A stretch of 32,774 nucleotides of DNA from Candidatus Portiera sp. (GTDB taxonomy: Bacteria > Pseudomonadota > Gammaproteobacteria > CBDBNL01 > JAAOII01), in NCBI GenBank assembly GCA_015163845.1, contig JAAOII010000113.1, forward strand, positions 1 through 32,774. Direction: 5' to 3'. The notes beneath the pieces were generated by a model that saw only the letters and a program-made list of their open reading frames with translations, searched no databases and had not been told where the DNA came from. Positions 1-8,951 of the stretch are shown here, in pieces; the first letter of the stretch is position 1; every line of letters begins with the position of its first letter. Position numbers and translations under genes: made by a program.

Positions 1-2
1 GT

Positions 3-578
3 CAAAGCATAATTAAAGAGTTCAACCAAGGCATAACTGATGAAATGTCTAAACTACACATGAGTTGTCGTTTCGCTACCAAGTTTGCCTATAAAGAAAA
101 TCTTGCTCCTTCAGGAGATAGTGATGTGGAGTTCTTATTGTCAACCAGCCCCAGTGGTAAATTGCTACCTCTCAAAGATATTGCTTCGGGTGGTGAATTA
201 TCTCGAGCATCCTTAGCTATTAGCAAAGTTGTTGCCCAGAACTCACAAGTCCCTTGTTTAATCTTTGATGAGGCAGATAGCGGCATAGGAGGCAAGATAG
301 CCGCAAGAGTAGGGCAAAGTTTGGCTGAGTTAGGTAAGGATGCACAAATTATTAGCATAACCCATCAGCCGCAGACAGCTGTCTATGCTGACAATCATTA
401 TGCAGTGGCTAAGTCCCATGATGGCACTACTACTATTAGCAAGATTAAACTTCTCAATCAAGAAGAGCGACTTGAAGAAATTGCTAGAATGCTCAGTGGC
501 GAGAAGATGGAACAAGATGCCCTTGATTATGCAACCAAGATGATAGACCAAGCAATTCTCAATGTTGATAGACACTAA
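3..578 (+). CDS. recN: DNA repair protein RecN, C-terminal part (5' end lies outside the window)
   Basis: Frame 3 is open from the window edge. The translation shows the SMC/ABC signature region ASGGELSRASLAI, Walker-B-like LIFDEADSGIGG, ISITHQPQ, and the typical EIARMLSGE tail. Confidence 0.9.
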   Translation, partial: QSIIKEFNQGITDEMSKLHMSCRFATKFAYKENLAPSGDSDVEFLLSTSPSGKLLPLKDIASGGELSRASLAISKVVAQNSQVPCLIFDEADSGIGGKIAARVGQSLAELGKDAQIISITHQPQTAVYADNHYAVAKSHDGTTTISKIKLLNQEERLEEIARMLSGEKMEQDALDYATKMIDQAILNVDRH

Positions 579-591
579 TATAAAACCAGAA

Positions 592-1326
592 ATGCATAGT
601 TTTATCCGACTGTTCAATAATGACTTTTTAAGCCAGCCGTTAATTGCCAAGCGGAAGGAGATTTGGCGTAATAAAGAAGATGCTCCACGTGAAAAGCTTA
701 TGAAAAAGGGAGTTGAGTTCCTTAGCGACAGTGAACTACTAGCTATTTTTCTAAGAGTTGGTTATAAAGGTAAAAATGTTATGGAATTAGCTCAAGACGT
801 TATTGCCACCAAGGGCTTATCTTGGCTACTCACTGCAAACTCTAAGGAGTTCTGTGACTATAAGGGCTTGGGACCGTCACACTATGTGCAATTACGTGCG
901 GTTATGGAGTTGGCAAGACGCTATCTAGAGGAGGTAATGTTACGTCAGTCCGAATCACTTAACTCACCAACTAAGATAAAAAACTTCCTCTGCCACCGCT
1001 TAGGTGATAGCACACGGGAAGTATTTGCTTGCCTGTTCATGGACAACAAGAATAGAGTTATAGAATACAAAGAACTTTTCAGTGGCACCATTGACTCTGC
1101 CAATGTCTATCCACGCGAAATCATTCGCCATGCTTTGCAAGTAAATGCTGCTGGTTTGGTGGTAGTTCATAACCATCCTTCAGGATCGGTCAAACCAAGT
1201 GTGGCAGACAAGCATATAACTGGAGTCATAAAGGATGCTTGCGAATTGATGGAAATTCGCCTGCTGGATCATATAATCGTTAGTGGCAACAAGTCATTAT
1301 CCTTCCTAGAAGACGGCCTTTTATAG
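592..1326 (+). CDS. radC: RadC/YicR-family JAMM-motif protein
   Basis: Conserved N-terminal PREKLMKKGVEFLSDSELLAIFLRVG and C-terminal JAMM motif VVHNHPSGSVKPSVAD. The ORF opens at 562, overlapping the recN stop; ATG 592 is an equally plausible start. Confidence 0.9.
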   Translation: MHSFIRLFNNDFLSQPLIAKRKEIWRNKEDAPREKLMKKGVEFLSDSELLAIFLRVGYKGKNVMELAQDVIATKGLSWLLTANSKEFCDYKGLGPSHYVQLRAVMELARRYLEEVMLRQSESLNSPTKIKNFLCHRLGDSTREVFACLFMDNKNRVIEYKELFSGTIDSANVYPREIIRHALQVNAAGLVVVHNHPSGSVKPSVADKHITGVIKDACELMEIRLLDHIIVSGNKSLSFLEDGLL

Positions 1327-1372
1327 TCCCCCTTATATAAATATCTAGTACAAATATTTAGAGCATCTTTTA

Positions 1373-2953
1373 ATGGTTAATAATAAAGTAAGAAGAAAGA
1401 CCAACTGGAAACCATATAATGAAGGGGAAAAGCATGATAAGTCCATGTGGGATTCTCCCAAAGATGGACCTCAAGTTCTTTATAAACAATTACCTATAGT
1501 ACTTCAAGTATTAAAGCAACATCACAATAAAAACAAACATACTATTTTTAAAGAAATTAATAAAAAATTTGAAGCAGAAGGAGCATCATCTCCGAGATTG
1601 AGTGATAGCAGAATAGGTACAATAATAGCACTTGGAAGAAAGTTAGGCCTAATCAAAAAGGAGAACTTTGAATTAACAAATGCTGGAATCACGAGCATCA
1701 GTGCAGATTATCTAAGCATAATTCAACAACAATATATTAAGTTGGTCTTTGATAATCCTATATTAAAGAATAGCAACGACATAGAAATATTTCCAATAAT
1801 TGCCCTAATGGAAATATTAATAGAAACAAATGATCTCAGTATTGAGGAGGTGGCTATCTTCATATTTTCTGAATTAAAAAATAGAGAACAAATACCTGAA
1901 ACGATTAAGAATATCTCTAAATTTAGAAAACTAGATAAAGAGTCACGAGAAGAACTTATTAATGACTTTAAACACACTCACAAGGGAAATATTACATTGA
2001 CTAAGGCATCTAGCGTAACATACTTGTTCAGCAATCTTTCAAGGATAAGTTTATTTTATGTTTATGATAAACGGATTAAGCTATCAAGCACAGATGAAGC
2101 AAAAAAGATTATAGAAAAATATAAAAACAAATCACACTTTAAATTTAAGGATCATGAACTGCTATATTGGGATGCCTATTATGGCAATACAGCAATTCAT
2201 TTTCCGCCTAAGGAAGTAACTTTTAAATTTGCAGATAATAATTTTGAGGCATATCTATTAATAAAAAATGATATCTATAAAACAGATCTAATTAAAGTAG
2301 AGGATGAAATAACTATTCCTGTTTTTGATGAGCTAACCAACATATTAGAAGTTTATAACTTGCAGTATGAAAATCAGCAATATGTTAAGAAATTTAAACC
2401 CTATGAAATAAAATCCGTAGAATTATTAGCACTTGAATTTAGTTCTCAATACCCCATAGCTGATCTATTAGAGTATTACAAAGGCAGTGAGATTTATCCT
2501 GTTTTGTCTAGGATGCTTCGTTACAAAGAAAGAAATGTAAACTCTAACTTAAGGGGTGGTAGATTTGAAAACTTAGTTTATGAGTTTCTAAAAGAAGGAC
2601 TCACTTCTATGAAGGTTAATTGGAACGGCAGGATTGACAAAGATGGAATAGCTAAACCAGCAACTGGCGGACAATCAGATATAGTGGTAGAAAGCAATGA
2701 GTATTTTTATGTCGTTGAGACAACTACGATGAAGCACCGCTCAGGCATAGAAAGTGCTGAGACATTCAGTTTATCTAGACATGCCAAGGAGTTTCTTGAT
2801 AAAGGTAAAAAAGTTAAGATAGTGCTCATCGCCCCGGTAAAATATCAATCTATAACTAATGATATGGAGCGGATGGTTTCTAATTTAGGAATAGAATATC
2901 AGAGTATTGATATAGACGAATTAATTAGCAGCCACGGCAAAATTTTCATCTAG
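1373..2953 (+). CDS. Putative type II (IIS-like) restriction endonuclease, possibly AlwI-like family
   Basis: A 526-aa Lys/Asn/Ile-rich ORF, convergent with the adjacent methylase gene and overlapping its 3' end by 33 bp. The C-terminal ~130 aa has a PD-(D/E)XK-like pattern (GGQSDIVVE ... YVVETTTMK). Size plus two companion methylases recalls AlwI/MlyI/PleI-type enzymes. The family call is from memory and was not searched. Confidence 0.55.
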   Translation: MVNNKVRRKTNWKPYNEGEKHDKSMWDSPKDGPQVLYKQLPIVLQVLKQHHNKNKHTIFKEINKKFEAEGASSPRLSDSRIGTIIALGRKLGLIKKENFELTNAGITSISADYLSIIQQQYIKLVFDNPILKNSNDIEIFPIIALMEILIETNDLSIEEVAIFIFSELKNREQIPETIKNISKFRKLDKESREELINDFKHTHKGNITLTKASSVTYLFSNLSRISLFYVYDKRIKLSSTDEAKKIIEKYKNKSHFKFKDHELLYWDAYYGNTAIHFPPKEVTFKFADNNFEAYLLIKNDIYKTDLIKVEDEITIPVFDELTNILEVYNLQYENQQYVKKFKPYEIKSVELLALEFSSQYPIADLLEYYKGSEIYPVLSRMLRYKERNVNSNLRGGRFENLVYEFLKEGLTSMKVNWNGRIDKDGIAKPATGGQSDIVVESNEYFYVVETTTMKHRSGIESAETFSLSRHAKEFLDKGKKVKIVLIAPVKYQSITNDMERMVSNLGIEYQSIDIDELISSHGKIFI

Positions 2954-3637
2954 TGCAGCGACACGTTCTTTAGCGTCTTGGCAGAATTGTTCATCTAATT
3001 CAAAACCTATATATTCCCTACCTAAAGCTTTACAGGCAACTGCCGTAGTCCCATAGCCCATAAAAGGATCTAAAACAATACTCTTATCGGGGAAGCATTG
3101 CAAAATATCAGTTACCATCTTTTCTGGGAATTGTCTTGTGTGGTTAACATTTGTCCCCACTGGCCTCCATTCTTGCCAGTTAAAGACATCACTATGCTTT
3201 ATTATGTTATTTAATTTAGTAGTTTTTAATTTGGTTAGCCAATAGATCCTTTCAGTGAAAGGATAAAATCTGATTTTATCAAAATTTTGACTTCTATTTA
3301 TCCAAACTATTTCCTGCTTAATTATAAAGTCGGTCTTGAATAACCACTCATAAGGAGAAATTTGTTTGCCATCTTTTATCCTGTTTTTATGATTATAAAA
3401 AAATGAGCCGTCATCTTTTAGTACTCTAAATATTTCTTGAATAACTTTAATTTGCCACTCTTGATATTCATTTTCTGGCATAGCATCTTTATATGATGAA
3501 TGGAGTTTAGTGCCTGTATGATGGTTATTCCCTAAGTTGTAGGGGGGAGATGTTATGGCAAGGTCTATGGAATTATCTTTGAGTTGTCCAAGACCTTCAA
3601 GAACATCAAGGCAGTAGATATCATTTGTTGCTAACAC
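2921..3637 (-). CDS. DNA methyltransferase, N6_N4_Mtase family, beta-class motif order (N4-C or N6-A)
   Basis: Motif IV DLAITSPPYNLG lies near the N-terminus and SAM motif I VLDPFMGYGTTAVA near the C-terminus. The GTG start overlaps the upstream methylase stop by 7 nt (GTGTTAG). Confidence 0.9.
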   Translation of the reverse strand: MLATNDIYCLDVLEGLGQLKDNSIDLAITSPPYNLGNNHHTGTKLHSSYKDAMPENEYQEWQIKVIQEIFRVLKDDGSFFYNHKNRIKDGKQISPYEWLFKTDFIIKQEIVWINRSQNFDKIRFYPFTERIYWLTKLKTTKLNNIIKHSDVFNWQEWRPVGTNVNHTRQFPEKMVTDILQCFPDKSIVLDPFMGYGTTAVACKALGREYIGFELDEQFCQDAKERVAALDENFAVAAN

Positions 3638-4857
3638 TTCTGCAAATATACTAAGCTTTCTCTTAATTTTTCTGAGTTAGTGATCTTTTTTTGTTGCTGA
3701 GGGCTAGTATTCAATTTCCGGGCGACATCTAATTTGATGCACTTAAACCCCATACTCTCTCCTATGACGGCTAATATTTCATCCGTTGGTATAACAACTC
3801 TACCATAAGCAGAATTACCTACGATAATAACACAATGCCCTCCCTTTTTTAATACCTTGTGAACATTGCGAAGGACCTTCTGCATATCTGAGAAATAACT
3901 ATCCACCATGTCTGGTATCTTTGGACTCCAAATATCTTGATGTCTAATAGCAGTGATATATTTCTGTATCATCTGCATGCCTTTTTCTGGCACAATTTCT
4001 TTGTTTAGATGGGAGGTTAAGCTGCTATTTCTAATATTCTTTAGATCAGAGTATGCATTTACAAAACCACCAAACCATAATTCAACCTTATATATCTCTG
4101 TATAATCAAAACAATTTAAGTAAGGCGGGGAAAAGACACTAAGTGCTGCAGAGTTTTTGTGTTCTTCTAGGAAATCACTAGCAATATTTCTACAATCTCC
4201 AAATACCACTTTATTGTTAGAATCTGCAACTTGACCATCTACTATATCTTCCAGCATTTGTTCAACTTTATTAGAGAATGCTGTAATAAATTGCTCTGGT
4301 TTCTTCCTTGGCGGATATCTCAAACCATTACCATCCTTCTTAGCAAAACCACATCTCTCAAGAACCGATAAAAATGCGATCAAGTAAAAGTTTCTAATTT
4401 TCTCATCTCGTATTCCTAAGATAACTTGGCGATATCTTAAAATACTATCTAATTGACTGCCAAAAACTTTATCAGCAATAGACAATCCAACTCTCTGAAC
4501 CTTTTGGACTTTGGATGATCTGTTTTTGATGATACTTTTATATTTATAAATCTTCTGGATACTTGATGAATCATAAGTGGCAATCTTTGTTTTTGTAAGA
4601 GTATAAAGGAATGGATTGACTTCAAACCCTAAAAAGTTTATGCCTTTTTCCTTTGCTGTTAACAAAGTAGTTCCGCACCCACTGAAAGGATCAAAGACCT
4701 TACCTTCTTTTATTTTTAACTCGCTCATCAAGTCGCTTACTAATTTAGAGGAATAACCTTCCTTTAAATTAAACCAACTATGGATTGGCAAATTCATATT
4801 TCCTGAAAAATTAACTAGGTTGCCATACTCGGGCTGGGAAGTGATAGGGATGTGCAT
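3631..4857 (-). CDS. DNA methyltransferase, N6_N4_Mtase family, alpha-like motif order
   Basis: Motif I VFDPFSGCGTTLLTA comes first, then a spacer of roughly 180 aa, then motif IV LSVFSPPYLNCFDY. It is a 408-aa protein in the same operon as the 238-aa methylase. Confidence 0.85.
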   Translation of the reverse strand: MHIPITSQPEYGNLVNFSGNMNLPIHSWFNLKEGYSSKLVSDLMSELKIKEGKVFDPFSGCGTTLLTAKEKGINFLGFEVNPFLYTLTKTKIATYDSSSIQKIYKYKSIIKNRSSKVQKVQRVGLSIADKVFGSQLDSILRYRQVILGIRDEKIRNFYLIAFLSVLERCGFAKKDGNGLRYPPRKKPEQFITAFSNKVEQMLEDIVDGQVADSNNKVVFGDCRNIASDFLEEHKNSAALSVFSPPYLNCFDYTEIYKVELWFGGFVNAYSDLKNIRNSSLTSHLNKEIVPEKGMQMIQKYITAIRHQDIWSPKIPDMVDSYFSDMQKVLRNVHKVLKKGGHCVIIVGNSAYGRVVIPTDEILAVIGESMGFKCIKLDVARKLNTSPQQQKKITNSEKLRESLVYLQKC

Positions 4858-5184
4858 ATTAAATAATATTATAGGTCATTTTTTCTGATTTTGATTCTTT
4901 CAGGTTTTCTATTGGTATGAAAAGTGAGAGTAACTTGATAGTGAGTGAGAAAGATGCCCTAAATAGACGAAATTAAAAATTTTGATTTTATTGCAAAAAT
5001 ATTCAATTTACGACCTAAATAAATATTTTATGCTAATCTGCAATTAATGATATTAGTTAATTTAGAAAACATTAGAGATTGAAATGGACGTTATAACTCC
5101 ACGCATTCTTGGTATAACAAACGTTAAAAATGTTTTCTTAACAATCTTATATCATATTATTATTTACAAACAAGGAAATTAATT

Positions 5185-6735
5185 ATGACAGAACATGAAA
5201 ATAAATTAGAATCTAAAGATTTTATTAATATAGCAGGAAAAGGATTCACTGAAGATTATAGTGTAGCAGATTTCAATGCTATAGGAGCATCTATGATAGG
5301 TGATGGTAGTAGCATTGATAGGGCAGATTGGAGTATAGCAGCAGGATATACCTATTTGGGACAGTTCATAGATCATGATATAACCCATACAAATGGTGAA
5401 GAAAATAGAAATACTGCTCAGTTGGACTTAGATAGCTTATACCCCAAGAATGAAAACGACACAACAATAAAAGATGGTAAATTCCTCTTGGGAGATCATG
5501 GAGGTTCAAATATAGGAGGAGACCTTCGCCGCGATATTAATTTCCATGCAATGATTCCAGACCATCGTAACGATGAGAATATTATTATTGCATCTATTCA
5601 TCTAACTTTCCAAAAGTTTCATAATATTTTAGTTAATCAAGGGAATAGTTTTAATCAGGCAAAAGTAATAGTTATGGATCATTACCATGCAATAGTAGCA
5701 TATGATTTTGTCCGTAAGTTAACTGATCTTAACCAGGACCAAATATCTAATATTATTGATAGACAAGAAAAAAGATTTATCTACACAGAAGATATGGTGA
5801 GAATGAACGGAGGTCCTTTCATACCTACAGAGTTCTCTGGTGCTTGTTATCGTTTTGGCCATACCATGGTGCGTTCAAACTATGATTTCAATGATAATTT
5901 TTCGAAGGGCACTCTTTCCAAACCTCCTCTATTCTTTGGCTTTCCAGGTGGAAGACCTGACTTCAATCTTGTTGGAAGTGATGGAAAACCTTTCCCAACA
6001 AGTGATGCGCGCAGCCATAAAATCACTTCTGTATGGGTATTATCTGGTACTGCAACTTTGTTCGAAGGTGGTAAAAAACTTCAGTCATTAGAAAGGTTTT
6101 TTGAAAAAGGAAAGAATAAAAGAAATTCAGCCGGAGTTATTGATACAAATTTATCCGATGTGATGGGAAATCTTCAAGTAAGTAAGACAGCAAAGAAAGA
6201 CACGGTCTTAACGGATATTGATAAGTTTAATATAGCATCAAGAAATTTACAAAGAGGACAATCTCTTGGATTAGTTAGTGGTCAAGAATTTGCCCAATTC
6301 GTAAAAGAAAAAAGTAAGGGAAAGGTAAACCCATTGTCTGATGAAAAAATACAAGAGGTTATAGAAAACTTAGCTTCTAGATCTGAAGAAAAAATTTCTG
6401 ATGCATTAAAGAAAAAATTAATATCAAATACTCCTCTATGGTTATATACCTTGGCAGAGGCAGAAGCAGCAGAGGTAGGAACAGGAGCACGATTAGGTCC
6501 CATAGCAAGTAGATGTGTTGCCGAAGTGATATTAGGACTCTTAATGGATGATACTATGAATGTTGACTCCATTAGGAATACTAGTCAATCTAGAAAGAAT
6601 GCTCCATATAATCTAAATGAGCCAAATGAGCCAAATAAATGGAAATCTTCTATAATTCAAAACAAAGAAGCAAGAGATATAGAAATGCTTGATATCATTA
6701 AATTTGTCAATAAAAATCATAATAAGGTGCTCTAA
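5185..6735 (+). CDS. Animal-type heme peroxidase (peroxidase-cyclooxygenase superfamily), no signal peptide
   Basis: Distal-site motif GQFIDHDITHT, the Arg/Glu motif PDHRNDEN followed by IHLTFQKFHN (GDxRxNE...HN pattern), and proximal-His motif ACYRFGHTMV. The N-terminus MTEHENKLESKDF is hydrophilic. An AAGGAA Shine-Dalgarno sequence lies 8 nt upstream of the ATG. Confidence 0.85.
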   Translation: MTEHENKLESKDFINIAGKGFTEDYSVADFNAIGASMIGDGSSIDRADWSIAAGYTYLGQFIDHDITHTNGEENRNTAQLDLDSLYPKNENDTTIKDGKFLLGDHGGSNIGGDLRRDINFHAMIPDHRNDENIIIASIHLTFQKFHNILVNQGNSFNQAKVIVMDHYHAIVAYDFVRKLTDLNQDQISNIIDRQEKRFIYTEDMVRMNGGPFIPTEFSGACYRFGHTMVRSNYDFNDNFSKGTLSKPPLFFGFPGGRPDFNLVGSDGKPFPTSDARSHKITSVWVLSGTATLFEGGKKLQSLERFFEKGKNKRNSAGVIDTNLSDVMGNLQVSKTAKKDTVLTDIDKFNIASRNLQRGQSLGLVSGQEFAQFVKEKSKGKVNPLSDEKIQEVIENLASRSEEKISDALKKKLISNTPLWLYTLAEAEAAEVGTGARLGPIASRCVAEVILGLLMDDTMNVDSIRNTSQSRKNAPYNLNEPNEPNKWKSSIIQNKEARDIEMLDIIKFVNKNHNKVL

Positions 6736-6816
6736 AACAAACCAGATGGGATAATTAATAGAGAAACTTTATTCTTACAATATATTTAACTAGCTGTTTA
6801 TTTGTAATAAAAAGGT

Positions 6817-7329
6817 ATGAATAACACAGAATCATTATTAAATAATAATCCTAAGGTTAAGCTACTCTGGAAGCATGAGTCAAAGCTCATGAGTTTATGC
6901 GGGAAACCGATGGGTGGTAACAAGGGGAAGTTCATGTCCATTTATGCTACTACAATAGGCAATAAAATATACATGCCAAAGGGTTGGTGGGATATTGTTG
7001 ATGAGCAGCAAAGACTTATTTTATTACGTCACGAATTAATCCATGTTAAACAAATGGCAAAATACTCGGTTCCTATTTTCTTTTTCTTGTATATATTTGT
7101 TCCATTTCCTATAGGCATTGGATACTTTCGTGCCAAGTTTGAAAAAGAGGGCTATGCTGAAACCTTGAAAGCACAGTATGAATATTGGGGTGAGAGTAGC
7201 ATCACGTCTATTGAATGCCGGGAATGGATTATTGAACAGTTTGTTGGATCTGCTTATGGGTGGATGTGGCCTTTCAAGAAGTCCATGCACAAATGGTATG
7301 ATAAAACTATCCAAGAAATTCTACATTAG
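6817..7329 (+). CDS. DUF4157-like HExxH zinc-metallopeptidase-fold protein with one central hydrophobic segment
   Basis: YATTIGNKIYMP ... LILLRHELIHVKQ matches the remembered DUF4157 pattern (T.G..I.. then LxHELxHVxQ). A hydrophobic stretch VPIFFFLYIFVPFPIGIGYF follows, then EKEGYAE as a possible third ligand. No signal peptide. Confidence 0.5.
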   Translation: MNNTESLLNNNPKVKLLWKHESKLMSLCGKPMGGNKGKFMSIYATTIGNKIYMPKGWWDIVDEQQRLILLRHELIHVKQMAKYSVPIFFFLYIFVPFPIGIGYFRAKFEKEGYAETLKAQYEYWGESSITSIECREWIIEQFVGSAYGWMWPFKKSMHKWYDKTIQEILH

Positions 7330-7412
7330 TGTTTGTTGATAGCATTATGAATATAGCATAGCTTTGCAATAGCAACGAATTACAATTAATAAGCAACCAA
7401 GAGGAAATTACT

Positions 7413-7850
7413 ATGCTAAATAAACTAATAGAACCCTTAGCCAAAGGAGTATTTGGCTTGATAGACAAACTTCATTTGTCTAAGCAGGAGAAGTTACAGT
7501 TCAAAGAAAGAATGCAATCAATGGTGCTGGATCATCAAAAGGAAGTAGAGAAAACTCTCCAAGAGCAAGCTCGTTCTACTGCTGATATCATAGTAGCTGA
7601 AGTTAAGCAAGATGATAAGTATACTAAAAGAGCCAGACCAACAGTTATATATGTAGGTATTATATTAATCATCTGGGGCTATGTTATTGCCCCTCTACTC
7701 AATGGTTATTATGGTGCAGGCATTGTAATTGAAATACCTGATTTCTTTTGGCATTCTTGGGCTGCTATTGTTGCAGTTTATGCTGGTGGCCGTAGTTATG
7801 AAAAGAGTAAGAAACTAATTCCTGGTTCAGATTCAGAAGGAGTGGGATAA
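7413..7850 (+). CDS. Holin-like membrane protein (resembles the GTA_holin_3TM family)
   Basis: A charged coiled N-terminal half (QEKLQFKERMQSMVLDHQKEVEKTLQEQARSTAD) is followed by KRARPTVIYVGIILIIWGYVIAPLL and further hydrophobic helices. The stop overlaps the amidase start (TAATG). AGAGGAA Shine-Dalgarno upstream. Confidence 0.5.
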   Translation: MLNKLIEPLAKGVFGLIDKLHLSKQEKLQFKERMQSMVLDHQKEVEKTLQEQARSTADIIVAEVKQDDKYTKRARPTVIYVGIILIIWGYVIAPLLNGYYGAGIVIEIPDFFWHSWAAIVAVYAGGRSYEKSKKLIPGSDSEGVG

Positions 7851-8542
7851 TGGTTGATAAGATAGTTAACGTAAGCAAACTTAATATTAGAAATTATCCC
7901 AAAGGATCTTTGCAGGGATATATCAAATCTGGAACTGAAGTAGAGGTATTTGAAGAAAAGAGTGGTTGGTCAAAGATAAAAACAACTGCATGGGTAATGA
8001 GCGATTATCTGCGCGATCTTCCAGAATCAGAAACTGTGAGTGGTGAAGTTATAAAGAGAATTGTAATCCACTGCTCAGCTACAAAACCAGATTATAATGC
8101 AACTGCAGAGGATATTAAGAAATGGCATACCGACCCCGTATTCAAAGGTGGACGAGGTTGGTCTCGTGCTGGCTATCATTGGGTAATAGAACGTGAACCA
8201 TGTCGTGTGGTGCCGTTGGTAGCTATGAATGATGACGAAGTTTTAGAATCATGGGAAATATCTAATGGAGTTAGAGGGTATAACAAGGACTCCATCCACG
8301 TCTGCTATGTTGGTGGATTAAATGAAAAGGGACGTCCCGCTGATAATATAACTCCTGAGCAAACAGAGGAATTAGTTGCATTATTGCAATCTTTAGTTCA
8401 AACTCGCCCAAACTTACAGCACATTGTTGGGCACACTGATCTTTACCCACTAAAGGCATGTCCATCATTTGATGTTGCAAAGTTTCTACATAAGAATCTT
8501 TCGCAGGATTTGGCTAAGAAGTATGCTTTACCTTTAAGATAG
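7850..8542 (+). CDS. N-acetylmuramoyl-L-alanine amidase (Amidase_2/PGRP/T7-lysozyme type) with N-terminal SH3 domain; endolysin-like
   Basis: SH3-like LNIRNYPKGSLQGYIKSGTEVEVFEEKSGWSKIKTTAWV. Amidase_2 motifs IVIHCSAT, AGYHWVIE, IHVCYVGG and IVGHTDLYPLKACPSFD (His/His/Cys zinc site pattern). Confidence 0.85.
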   Translation: MVDKIVNVSKLNIRNYPKGSLQGYIKSGTEVEVFEEKSGWSKIKTTAWVMSDYLRDLPESETVSGEVIKRIVIHCSATKPDYNATAEDIKKWHTDPVFKGGRGWSRAGYHWVIEREPCRVVPLVAMNDDEVLESWEISNGVRGYNKDSIHVCYVGGLNEKGRPADNITPEQTEELVALLQSLVQTRPNLQHIVGHTDLYPLKACPSFDVAKFLHKNLSQDLAKKYALPLR

Positions 8543-8571
8543 CTGAAAATAACTGAAAATAGTTTAAGAAA

Positions 8572-8817
8572 ATGCAGTCATTAATACAACTATTACAAAA
8601 AAGAACACTGGACAATAAATATTTCCCGCAGATAGTTTACTCTGGTTGTGCTCTGGCAATATACACCTTTATGCTAATACCAATATCAGGTCTAGCCGGA
8701 TTAACTCTTCCAGCAATAGCAGTAGCTGAGTCGCAGATATTCTGGGCTTCATGGTCTGTTTTAGTTGGTGGTGGCTCATTGCTGCGCTCTAAAATAAAAA
8801 TAAAAACATATGCTTAA
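8572..8817 (+). CDS. Small two-TM membrane protein (possible lysis accessory or antiholin-like)
   Basis: An 81-aa ORF with two hydrophobic helices (IVYSGCALAIYTFMLIPISGLAGL; IFWASWSVLVGGGSLL) and a basic tail, 30 bp downstream of the amidase. Function is inferred from position only. Confidence 0.4.
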   Translation: MQSLIQLLQKRTLDNKYFPQIVYSGCALAIYTFMLIPISGLAGLTLPAIAVAESQIFWASWSVLVGGGSLLRSKIKIKTYA

Positions 8818-8951
8818 ACTCAAATCAAAACCGCCATTTTTCAGAGGCATATTTATGCTGCCATGGCAATTATCATTATCCAAATTATTGGTTATTGCTG
8901 GTGCAGGAAACATACATAACATATTTAATTTAACCAACAAAAGATAACACA

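Noticed and set aside
1324-1340. Candidate island terminal inverted repeat: TAGTCCCCCTTATATAA after radC versus TAGTTATATATGCTGGGGG at 11110-11128
   Set aside because: Only CCCCC and TATATAA match, with different spacing. In AT-rich DNA this is well within chance, and no target-site duplication is seen.
7413-8817. Prophage or GTA annotation for the holin/amidase region
   Set aside because: No capsid, portal, terminase, tail, integrase or repressor genes occur in the flanking ~10 kb. I treated it as an isolated lysis cassette, though a decayed prophage remnant cannot be fully excluded.
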